Shown here piece by piece: positions 52,901 through 64,000 of a stretch of DNA of 64,000 nucleotides. The notes beneath the pieces are model-generated. The model saw nothing but the letters and a program-made list of their open reading frames with translations. It searched no databases and had not been told where the DNA came from. The position numbers and the translations under genes are program-made. The DNA comes from Strigamia acuminata (taxonomy: Eukaryota): assembly GCA_949358305.1 (NCBI GenBank), contig OX442314.1:21266001-21330000 (forward strand), read 5' to 3'. Each line of letters starts with the position of its first letter. Position 1 is the first letter of the stretch.

Positions 52901-55900
52901 AATTTCACACGCGTATCTCGCGATAAAGAGTTTATCATCGACCCAATACAAAAACCCTCTAAAATTTAGTTGGTACATGCTTGGAACGTCAATAAACTGA
53001 AGAAGAAAAAACAAATCAATCCTAAAAATAATGTGTTTCTGCCGTGTTTCTATTTTCAACAGTATTATGGAGATATCAGGTTTTATACTTATCTGATGGT
53101 ACAAATATTGAACATTTTTTTTCTTCTAAAATGCAAATTCGCTATCACTTAGATATTGCATTTTCTGACAACTGATTTGATCTTAATCCCTGAATACCCT
53201 CAAGTTAAAATGAAAGGTAATTTGGTTTTGGCTCTGGATAATGGAGATCCATTAAGATCTTATCAAAACAGAGAGATGTGAGGAGGGAGAACTGGATATA
53301 TTTTTGTGCAATTATGTGCCAATTCATTAAGGCATGTCTGTTCATGGACATGTAAATTCGCTTTTAATATTGGCATGTTTCAAATGGTTTTTATTTTAGC
53401 TTTTATCGGGGTTGGTGCATCTTTAAAAGCGCACTGTAAAGGGGAAATCTTTTTGACATTTAGTAAACAGCACAATGAGTTTTTCTCTTCTGAACATCAA
53501 AACAAACAATTGAAGAAAGGAAAGAGGCATACATAACCTTAGGTAGTAAGAGCGTGAACTTTGTCGAGTTGATGCCACAAGAGACTACCAATTTTCTTTG
53601 GATTGTCAGTTTATCATCATCTCTATTAAAGTCTTTGACCTAGTCACATCTAACTTAGACTCAAGCTTAGAGAATATTACGCTGAGAATGAGATAGACCA
53701 AAGTTGCTGAGACTCTTAGAAAGAGTTTAGTTTTTGTTAATTGACGAGAGAAACCTGAGAAAACCCATTGATTTGGCCGGAAGACCTGAAAACACTTCTT
53801 TTACACTTGGAAGTTCTCGAGGGGGAGAAAAACCTTGCCTTGATGAATCGAGTAGATTGCTGTGCTTCAACTCAGCTATAAAAATGAACATTTGAACTCT
53901 AATCTGTTTTATCTTTGCGGTATTTGCAGTCATTCTTTGAAAGTGCAGTGTTATGTAAATTTTGCGGCGGATTAGTTCGGCAATACTAAGAGGAAATTGT
54001 ACGAACAAAAATTGCTAAGCTTTTGCAAAAAATAAAATACATTGGGTAAGATTTGTATTCTAATATAATGTACAGGGCATTTCGCAGAAGTGTTTGAGGT
54101 AAAAATTTTAAGTCAATAACAAACTATCACAGATTGTTTTTACGAATCTAGAGTAAACATGGGATGAGAAATTCATTAAGCAATACAAATCTGAGGTCTA
54201 AACAATGTGGTGTGGTTTTTTGCAGTGTAACTTAAAAGGTTACAAAAAATATCTTTTGAGGAGTTATAGAGAGTAGGCCAGCGTTTTTCAAACTGTAGGG
54301 CGCGAGCTGATTTTTGGTGGGGTGCAACGACGCTCAATAACTTTGTTGCACAAAATTTTTGTTCCCAAATTTTTTTATTCAATTTTTTTTTTTAATTTTT
54401 GCCAATTCCAATTCCAATTGCAACTTACTGCCTGTAGTTGGTTGCAAAACAGCACAGGCTAGCAAAAGCTACACGATCCTCTAAAATTTTCACAAAAACC
54501 TCACAAAAATCTCTCAAAATCCACCCAAAATTCTCCAAAAACCTGCAAAAACCAGTCAAAACTTCCAAAAACGGAGGTTTGTAGCTATTGTAATTCCCCA
54601 AAGTGATGAATTTTGTAGGATGGAAAATTAGTCGCAATGCTAAAAAGTTTGAGAACCCCTGGAGTAGGCTATCATTTGTTTAGCAAAGTGTCTACAGGAT
54701 TAGTTTGTAAGAAAATAGCAAAAAACAAACATAATAATTTTGTTGAAGTTCACATGTTTGAAATGTCTGTTCTGATCTGTTTTTGTTTCTTTATGTCAAT
54801 TTTGTAAGTTTGTTTTCTTGGGTCTGGTTTTTAAAATCGACAAACACCCAAATGCGAAGAACTAGCATTGCACAACATGTTGCGAATGGACCTCCAAACT
54901 GCAGCGAAGTTGACTTTGCCACCAGTGTCTCTTCCAGCCCTGCATATTTGTCACATATCCCGTTTAAAAAAATAATAATTCTTGCAGTTGTGAGAAGTCA
55001 AAGAAGTTTTGAATTTCAAATTAACCTGTACAATTACAGGGTGGACCAAAAGTCACGAAGCAGTCTGAAGTCTTAATAACTTTTTTTAAAATAAATTGTT
55101 TTAAATTTTTCTTTACCTATTTTGTAAAGAAGACTTAGGAGATGGAAAAACTCACGACCAATAGCGAACACAAATTTGGAATTTTACTATCAAAAGCAGG
55201 AGTCAATTCTGACCCAACGAACATATCAGTAATTGTTGCATGTTGGGTCAGAATTATTGACCCTCGGATTTGTTAGTAAAATTTAACAAAATAGGAAAAG
55301 AAAAATTTAAATATTTAATTTTAAAAAAGTTATTAAGACTTCACACCAGTTTGTGAGTTTTGGCCCACCCTGTACAACGTGGTAGTATTATTTCTATTTC
55401 TCTACGCCAACAAAAGTAGCAAACCTTTAATCTGACCCTCTTAGCTTTAACCTCAGCACTTTAAAATTAATTAAAGAACAGTCGACGGGTTCAAAAAATT
55501 ATTTAAATGAGTGTGAAACAATTATGGTGCGCGTGTGAATTACAGTTGCTTAAACGACTTTTTTGAACCCGCCTATTATACTGAACTTGTTGAGACAAAT
55601 TTACCTGCATTATTTTGAGTATGAGCGTTGACGTGGGAAAATCGTATTCCAAACTAAATTGTATTTGTCCACAGTTCTCCGTCGGTTCCGATTGATCTAT
55701 GAACATGTCTAGTTGTGACAGCGAGCGATTCTGCCAGAACTGCATCTGTATATTACAATTGTAACTTCCCGTTCGCTATTTACCATCTAACTTGCTAATT
55801 CAGAATTCAACTTACAGCTCCAACCACATCTCTAGCCGTGGAGGATTGTGCCTTAGGTTGGCCATTGGCTTGGTCTTGGGAATTGGGGGAGTTTTCAAGC

Positions 55901-58167
55901 CTGTGAAAAAATACAATAGCATTGAATTCAAGTTGATATGGAAAAGTAATTGCACAATTAGAAATATTACAAACTGGTTTTTTTAACATTGCTTGGAAGC
56001 GAAAAATCAGATGACTTTTGGTGCAGGGTGTTAAGGACATAGATTCAGGAGCGGATTTGTAGGTTCTCGCAGTTCTCGCAGGACAACATTTATTGCCTTT
56101 TTATATAATTTATATGTTGCGTTATAACTTAGCAAAATATCCAATTTTTTTGCTCAGAAAAATTTGTTTTAAATATTTTTTTTTTCAATTTGGGCCACAA
56201 AAAAGGGCTGCGAGAAGGGCCCCACATACTAGAAATACGCCTCTGCATTGATTTGAAAGTCTGTTTCATGCAAGGTGGAATACAGTAAGTGCATAATAAT
56301 ATTAAATACCAGCTATAAGAGTAAGAATACGGTAATATTGGTAATAGGAACGAGTAGAAAGATAGTAAAAAAATAAAATAAAAATAAAAATTGTATATAA
56401 TAATAATAAAAATAAAAAGGAAAAAAAACAACAATATTTACTTACTCTAACTGCGCACTGCATAATGAAGATATGTAAAATCCATGAAGAGAATTTAAAA
56501 AAAGAAAAGAAAAAAAAGAAAAATAATAAAAGAAACATCAAAAACAGATCGATTTAAAATAATAATAATAATAAAATAATGTGCAAATGGTATTAGTCTA
56601 CACAATACGATCGATATTCTAAGTTAGGACGTGTGTTTACCTAGTTTTGAGTGATTAGAGAAAGCAAACAGGCAAATCCCTATGTCCATTTAAATGTGTA
56701 ACATTATCAAACATGGAAAACAAAACTTTTGAAACTACCATAGATCAAAGGTGAAAAGCTCTACAGGATCAAAACTTGAATAACTACAGGTAGAAAAATG
56801 AAAAATGATCTATTATCTACGTCATTTGTAATGCGTGCATTTGTTTATAATTAGACTTCACGTGTCATCGTTTTCTAGATGCGAAGACTTTCTTGACCCT
56901 TTCAGTAGCTGCATTCAAAAACTAAAATATTTTGTGTTTTACTTCAATTTTAAACCAAAAATGACATCATTTCCTGTTTAAAACCATGTTAAAACTTAAA
57001 ATACACTTAAACTAAAATTTTCATTTTTATTTTTTAAATGCAGAGTATTTCTGTCTTTGCACACACCCTCAGTGTTAGGCACAGCGTATATTTACGGGTA
57101 CTTTCTGGGGAGACTTTTGGGAAATAAGGGAAAACCCAATTGGGTGGTGAGTGGCAGAATGATAAACTTCTGGGAGTTCGCATATGTCACCTATTGAAGT
57201 ATTGCCCACTGTCTCACATGGTGAGTCATTTTTATTCCCCTATTGAAGGGGGGTGGGAAAATCAATATTTTTTATCACATTTAAAGTGTCTCATAGGGCC
57301 TCAGTTTAAAGTGAGGCTATATTCACTATCAATAAACTGAAGGGACCCCTTAGGAGCGATCAAACTTTTTATTCACATGAAATTTAATATGAAGACTATT
57401 AAACATTAAGGTATGAGAGGAATGATAGAGAGTTATCTAACTTATTACGTAAACTCCCATAAACAACTCCAGGAAATGTTTTTCTGGGTGTATTTCTAGA
57501 AGGAAATAGTACAGATAAGTGTGCAAATGTTGGAATTAAGATATGTTTACATTTATGAATAGGTTTGTCTAAAAGATTGTTTTTTTCATTTTATTTTTTC
57601 CAAGAACATAAAAAGGAAGTAAAGTTATAATCCCTTTGAACATCCACATCATGAAATTATAAATTGTTTTGGTCCTTAACTAACAAACAGATATTTACAC
57701 GACTTAAAATGCAACTAACACTTGCATTCGTTTGAGTTTTACTTTTAATTAAAACAAACACACTTCTATTTGAAATAAATAATTGGAAGAAACTTGTTTG
57801 GATACAATTACTATTGCACCAATCTAAAATTGATTTTGCAGCAACACGAGCAGATTAAAAGAATTAATTGGATAAACAAATTGATAACTCACTTGACTGG
57901 TTTTGTTTTTATAAATGGCGATTTGAGCTTTAGAGATCCTTTGCCAGATGGCGGTTGATCCGTATTGTTTCCACGTCCGTCTTTGCCGCCATCTTTGTTG
58001 GTGCCTCCTTCCTGTGACAGCATAAACTGCATGGATTCTAATTCGTCTCCTCGCCGCTTGTGCTTCCGACGTGAGCACCAATAACATAGTAGAAAAGTGA
58101 GACCCATGGAGACAAGTGCAGCCAAAGTGGACAACACCACAGTCAGGATGATTTCGTTCTGTTCCAT
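43953..58167 (-). CDS. Syt7: Synaptotagmin-7 (N-terminal TM, C2A, C2B)
   Basis: Exons 58167-57893, 55900-55816, 55745-55605, 47987-47840, 47761-47598, 47541-47427, 44260-43953. A TM helix with Cys cluster is followed by C2A ([60 protein letters not shown]) and C2B ([44 protein letters not shown]). An acceptor at 58174-58175 implies an upstream UTR exon. Confidence 0.95.
50980..51775. mobile_element. hAT (Charlie-like) non-autonomous element with a nested MITE
   Basis: TIRs CAGCGGTGTCCAAC / GTTTGACACCCCTG with TSD GTCTAGAC / GTCTAGAT. The nested element at 51207-51597 has TIRs AGGTGCGTTTAATCTG / CAGATTGAACGCACCT (Harbinger-like). Confidence 0.85.
54279..54661. mobile_element. hAT MITE
   Basis: TIRs CAGCGTTTTTCAAAC / GTTTGAGAACCCCTG with a perfect 8-bp TSD GAGTAGGC. 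Confidence 0.88.
55037..55372. mobile_element. Tc1/mariner MITE, nearly palindromic
   Basis: TA-CAGGGTGGACCAAAAGTCAC ... GTGAGTTTTGGCCCACCCTG-TA, with internal inverted symmetry along most of its length. Confidence 0.88.
56046..56245. mobile_element. hAT MITE (related partial copy at ~31470-31622)
   Basis: TIRs CAGGAGCGGATTT / AAATACGCCTCTG with TSD CATAGATT / CATTGATT. It shares GGCTGCGAGAAGGGCCCCACA with 31582-31603. Confidence 0.8.
56446..56457 (-). other. Candidate 12-nt alternative microexon of Syt7
   Basis: The sequence is atgcag|TGCGCAGTTAGA|gtaagt, preceded by a ~137-nt AG-free pyrimidine-rich tract. It is phase 2-2 and adds no stop. Confidence 0.65.
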
Positions 58168-60151
58168 CTTGGCCTAAATGGTACCGTAAGAAAAATGCAT
58201 CTTTAGTATAAAGATGACTTTTATTGGAATAATACTCAAAGCATTCTTCAGTTTTTAGATTAAAAAAAGGAAGAAGTGACTATGCATTTCGGGGCTTGGC
58301 AAGGCTGCCAAACACGTCAACACCCATAACAAATTACACCCTCTGGTCTCTCTAAGCACAAAGTCGTGTTGATTCTGTGGTTTGCTATTGGTGAAAGGTT
58401 GCCCTTGTTTTTGCACCCAGCACTGCTGTATATCGATGTTATTAAAATATGTGAGTATAAACAGTCAGGAAAAGTAATTTAATAAAGTAATTTAGACTAA
58501 ATGGCATATTTAAAATGGATTTTTCCGATCTAACTTGAAAAATGGCGGCTGATTTAGTCTGTTTTCAGTCGCAGTGGGCATGCGCACGATATTTAAACAA
58601 CTTCTTTAATTGCAAGTTGAACGTGAATTTATGATTTATTTTAGATTTATAATAGTTCAGTGGAGTTTTATGGAGAAACTACAGAGGAAATCAATAATTT
58701 GGGAGATTTTTTGTGTGTACTATATTTGCCAAGTGATAATTCAAGATTTTCATGCTGGAATTATGCTGGCATTATGACAGTACTTTGTGAAAATATTAAT
58801 AAAACGAGTTTAATCCGAGCAACTACTTCGCCGAGCTTTAGCTCGAGCAAGTTCTAAATAGTGAGAATGTCTGCAGCAGTGGCTGATTTAAATAACAAAA
58901 GCACAATCGATGAAGACGTTGTAAAACCTTGAAACAGGTATCACAAAAACATACTGCAAAAGAATATAGAATGGAATTACATTTTTTGAATTAAGTTTTG
59001 AGTATTGACATTTGTTTCTCTGGGGTTTTGCCTTTTTCTTCTCCGTAAATTTGATTGTACGCTTAGCTAAATTTAAACACTACATTTCAATATAACAATA
59101 TTCGGACATGGTCAAAAGACCACTTTTCATTTTACTGATCAATACATAAACAAGAAAATAAAATTTATTTAAAAAAGAAAAACTATTTTGTAAATTTAAT
59201 TAGGTTAGTTGTGATCACTTAATTTAATTAATTACTTTAGTCGGCGGATGAAGTGAATTTTATTCCGAATTTTGTGGGAATATTTGTCGAGTATTTTTAA
59301 ACGGTTGATGTTTACTTTCTTGATTGATGGGTATGAATAAAAGAGTGTTATGTGTTAAAGCGATATTTATTTCGGTAATAAAAGGAAAATCTAGTTTCCT
59401 CATTCCTCTGGTGTTAGCTTCAGTTTTATGTGGTAAATTTATATACATATTTAATGAAATGCTTAGAAGGAAGAAGCCGCGTGTAAAAAAGAAGTAACTT
59501 TAAATAAATCCTAAAGTTGTATATTTATAGCTTCTTTGTGGAGTAATGGGACCAAATGTCTATTGGAAGCTCTGTGTATGGTAAATAAAGAACGCGGAGT
59601 GTCATTCAAAGGCCAAAAAGCAATTTTCTGTCGCGTCCCGTGGGAACCACTAGGTGCGTTCAATTTTGTTAAGAAAAGTTTAACTTAACTTATTCACATT
59701 ACTCTTAGGGCAGATAAATTTTTTAAGAAAGAACTACTCGGGAATTGGTTCAAATATAAACACGCATGTAATTTTTGCTCTAGAGATTTGTTTAAGGCCG
59801 ATAGTGTCACTTTCTGTTCTTGGTTAAGGGAAATTATCAGTCGAGTGAGCAATAATGCGACATGAAACACGTAATCAATTGGTTTGAATAGGTAACTCTT
59901 GTTTTATGGGATGTAATGGAGGCATCCACTACTTTTTTTACACTAATCTCAATTCATATTCTCTCTGTACATAACCTGCCACACCACACCCATTTTATTG
60001 CCCGTTACAGCATATGTAGTGGGTAAACAGGAACGTGGGACCAAATCTTTTAGTACTAAATGAGAGAGCTGCGGTTTTATAAATTATTAAATTGTTATCA
60101 TGAATGAATAACCAAGAAAAACCAATTTAAACATAGTAGGCACATTCATAA

Positions 60152-60260
60152 AGTTATTTAAACGGGTTTATATTTTTTTAAACTAGTCTAAATATAAAAT
60201 TTAACGTGTAAAATTTTACTTTTAGATTGGTTTAAAAAATATAAACGAGTTTAAATGACT
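60152..60260. mobile_element. Palindromic AT-rich MITE, copy 2
   Basis: Reverse-complement match to 15995-16092. Confidence 0.75.
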
Positions 60261-60280
60261 GAGTGCGCTTTGTGTTTATT

Positions 60281-60403
60281 CAGGGCCCTGGTTTATTAAT
60301 ATGAGGTGCCCCTTGTGATTTTTGTGTCAGAGGACGGTGATCTCACGGCGCCTGGCGCCCATCGGCTGCAGCCCTTTTAGCCCAATGGTCCGAGGTGGCC
60401 CTG
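60281..60403. mobile_element. Small hAT MITE
   Basis: CAGGGCC / GGCCCTG termini with a perfect 8-bp TSD TGTTTATT. Confidence 0.8.
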
Positions 60404-60744
60404 TGTTTATTATAGTTTAATTCTTTCGGAATCCGAGCCGTTTAGTTTTTTTTTCTATTAGAAATTTGGAAGGCGGGATGTAAAGACCATGAAATTTGCT
60501 TGATCCAAACCTATTCTACTGGTATGTATTAAATTGATTATTTTTCTATTTTACAGCGCTTGCTAAATGTAATTGTCTCGGACTTAAAGGCAGCAGTTTG
60601 TTATTCGATCTAACTGAACGAATGAGGCCACTATCCATTTAGAATTTCGCTGTAAAAACCAAATCTCTGATGAATTACTGAAGCAACGATTCAAATGGAT
60701 TTATGATTAAAGGTATGGAGCAACTTTAATGTTTATAATATGTT

Positions 60745-61110
60745 TTTTAGACTTCTAAACTCTATGTTTAGAAAGTCTCATGAAAGCTGTCATGTCCGTC
60801 CGTCTGTCGTCAACGATTCCGCAAAAACTATAGCAGCTAAAGCCAAATGGACAATGGCATTAAATTCAGCATACCTATATTAGTATCCTAAAGTATTTTC
60901 AGATTTCTCGGATCTTCGGTTGAATTAATAAACCGGTTTTAGTGCACTTCTAGCCGTTTTATTCCATGAAAATTACGTAAACGACGTCATGATGACGTCA
61001 TTTCCGTAATTTTCATGGAATTTACGGCTTAGACTTGGGACAGACGGACTTTCTGTGTGACCTCTACATCGCGCATTTGCGACGAGTTAAATCCCGTGAA
61101 ATGGGAAATT
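60745..61110 (+). mobile_element. Possible Helentron-associated (HINE/DINE-1-like) non-autonomous element
   Basis: A T-run is followed by a 5' inverted pair AGACTTCT..AGAAAGTCT, a GTCCGTCCGTCTGTC microsatellite and a terminal hairpin TCCCGTGAAATGGGA. Subterminal repeat orientation does not fully match the DINE-1 model. Confidence 0.5.
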
Positions 61111-64000
61111 ATAAAAAATAAAAAATAAAAAAAAATAAAAAAAAAAATAAAAAAAAATTAAATTAAAAAAAAATTAAAATTAAAAAAAAAATTAAACACA
61201 TGGTCATTTTCAGAGAAAATCTCTGGAAATTTCTATGTTATTTCTGAGGAAATTACAGATATTTCCCCAGAAATTCTCTGGAGACATCTATAATTTCCAT
61301 ATAAATTCTTTAGAAAAAAAACTTGAAATTAAAGATATTTCCAGAGAATTTCAATCGGACAGAAGGATAGGATTTAGAAGTTTAATATGTAATGCTTTCC
61401 TGCATTACAGATGTTTACTTGTTTTATTTTATTGTGGCAATATTTGGTAAACTGCACATTTAAAAACTATTTCCGCTTTAGAATTAAACATGGTTTAGCG
61501 AAGCATGGGTAATATATGTTGTTAGATGTTTTTAAATGTTGAGCAATGAAGTAGCAGTAGTTAATTACTATTTAAACAAAAAGTTTTAAACCTGATAGCT
61601 CTCACAAATCATCCCTAAAACAGCACCAAAAACAAATGAAAACAAAATGAGTGAGGAGGAAAGAAAACTCCCAACATGTGGTACCTTTTCTTTGATTAGG
61701 ACTAAAGGGGAGAGAGATCTTTCAAAGCGCTTCAAACAACAACAAAAAGGAGTGATTAATCTTACTAAAGCACATTCAAATGTGAATGTGGGCTCTATTT
61801 GCTCAGTATAATTATTTCCCATCGGTTTGTTATTTGATCTTAACTATTTCCTCAACATTGTGTTTTAAATTAGAATTTAATTAGAAGAAAAAAAAGTGTT
61901 TTTGAAATTTTTGGAAAATAATTAAGCTAAGCATACATACAAGTGACTCATTTTGCTTTTTTATATTAAATTGATTATAGTGAGTAAGATTGCTTGTTAC
62001 AGCAGGAAAGAAATGCATTTTTTGATTAACTTGTTGATAAAAAAAATCAATTAGTTTGATGGGATATTAGAAAAATAAATAAATGTGTTGCCATTGTGCT
62101 ATTGATTTTGAAATAATTCTTAAAAATTTTATTGACGCATTTCGCGCATTAAAAAATAGAGCTTCTACTTTAAATTCAATCTAGGTATAGTGCAACAAAC
62201 AGGAAAATCCAAAACTTATTTTGGTGAGAAAAATCTGCCATTTATAAACCAGAGAGCCACTTGCACTCATTCTTTTATTGCTAACCTTTGCCCACCTTTT
62301 TCACTACATTTAACCAATATGTGAAATAAGATTTTCAAACGAGTAAAAGAAGAAAAAAATGCAATCCTTTTGGCACGTGGTCAAGCGAGTGCACTAAGCC
62401 AATGGGCAATTTTTTTCATTTGTCGTACAATACAGTATGTGCAGTCAAAGCTGAATGAAGCATGTTGCTAAGCAGCAATATGGTGGCTCGAGATGTTTCA
62501 TCAGACTCGCAAAACTTCAATCTATAGCCAGCGGATTTGCTGTATCCAGGCACTATTCAGATTCAACGCAGTGGAAAGTCTAGTTAGCGGATGGTGCCCA
62601 GGTCAATAGGACTGTATGCTATTATCTGTGCAAGGTTGAAAAAGCTGCTGAATTCAAAAGACTACTGCATCACAAAACCATTAAAGATGCCATATTGGAG
62701 TGTTTCTTATGTGGAAATGCATTCGAAAAGTCAGTTTAAAATTGAAGTTAAACATGTTTTGCTGTTTAAATACTGTTTAATTTGAAACATTAGGTTCATT
62801 CATAAAGTATTAACTTAAACAGAATTTTAAACAACATATTTAAACTGCTTTTTAAACTGCGTGTCTTGATCTAACTTCAGAAATGGCGGCCGATTTAGTC
62901 TGTTTTTGTCGTCATTTAAACGACAAAACACATTTTTGGACACCTGTTTTTTCCTTTATTGTTGATATTTTAAATAAATATTATTGAATCAGTCTGAAAA
63001 TTTAATCAGACATTACTTGAGTGGTATATTTAATAATCCTAAAAGGAAAATTAAATCAAAATATTAGAAGTTAATTTTTTTCTAATTTTTTGTCATTCCA
63101 CAGACCTTTTGGACGCACCTTAAATGCACGCTAAACATGACTTTATGGACACGCTTGCTGTAACCAAGAGCAGACTAAATCAGCTGTCATTTTTTAAGTT
63201 AGTTCACATTAGATGCAATAAAAAATGAAAAATTTGGCTAGCGCACGAACCAGACTGTTTTACATCAATCACATAGCAAAATCGTGCAAAAAAGCCCACT
63301 AAATCAAGACAACCCTTAGTCAATGGTTGGCTGCCATTATAGCGGGTTATTACTAACACTCGTGCAAAGGGTTTTGTGTTATTTTATTATGTTCCGCCGT
63401 TTCTTTTCTGTCACAAGGTCAAGCAGTTTAAAAAGTCTGAAGTACGTATTATTAGTAACACTTTATATCCATATAATATACTGAATATGTCCTACAAGTC
63501 TTAATCCACTACTCGTCTACTCTCAACATTTTTCGTTACATTTTTGTTTGTCTTTTTTACGAGCTTGAAATGTTTATACTGAAATTAGTTGGCAGAGGTT
63601 TTGCTCCGCTTTGTGAACGCAACATATGTAATGGTGTTCCAGTGGTAACAATAGCCAATTAGCAAGAAGAAAAAGAAAGTAGCTTTTATCAAAATGAGCT
63701 TAAAAGAAACTAAAAGTAAAAATAAAAAGGACAAATGACGGAACAACACAAATTAAAAAGAAAATAAAAAGTCATTCGACACAACTCACAAAACTCAAGG
63801 CTTTGAAAACACAGAAATCCTTGATTACATTCTATTTTTGTATACTAACACAACGTCCAGGTTACGACCTAACAAAGTTTTACACTCGACGCAGTAAAAG
63901 GAGTTTCGATCAAATGACATTCGATTGAGCGATCGAAGCCTCATTTTCAAGCGACCAAAGGTTGTCCGGATTAAAGAAACGGCGCTGGTAATTGCCTAAG

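Overview
AT-rich, intron-containing animal genomic DNA. It is most likely a non-insect arthropod; this is inferred from the AA15 LPMO, the arthropod-type Inscuteable N-terminus, TTAGG-like repeats and ~50-60 nt introns. I assembled seven spliced protein-coding genes by hand from GT-AG junctions and frame continuity: rapsyn (-), MyoD/nautilus (-), an AA15-type LPMO (+), L-lactate dehydrogenase (+), mitochondrial glutamate carrier SLC25A18/22 (+), V-ATPase subunit E (-) and inscuteable (+). An eighth, synaptotagmin-7 (-), was assembled the same way. The window also holds a solitary 5S rRNA gene, a tRNA-Arg(TCT) gene, many hAT, Tc1 and other MITEs, and a BEL/Pao retrotransposon fragment. The main discoveries are: (1) LDH has two tandem homologous 124-nt exons that must be mutually exclusive, with stacked G-U-containing hairpins between them; (2) Syt7 has a frame-preserving 12-nt microexon and possibly a 3-nt one; (3) the gene set looks like an ancient bilaterian linkage block, including the convergent SLC25A18/22-ATP6V1E pair; (4) rapsyn has two in-frame starts that would toggle N-myristoylation. 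No searches were run, so all identities come from motif recognition.
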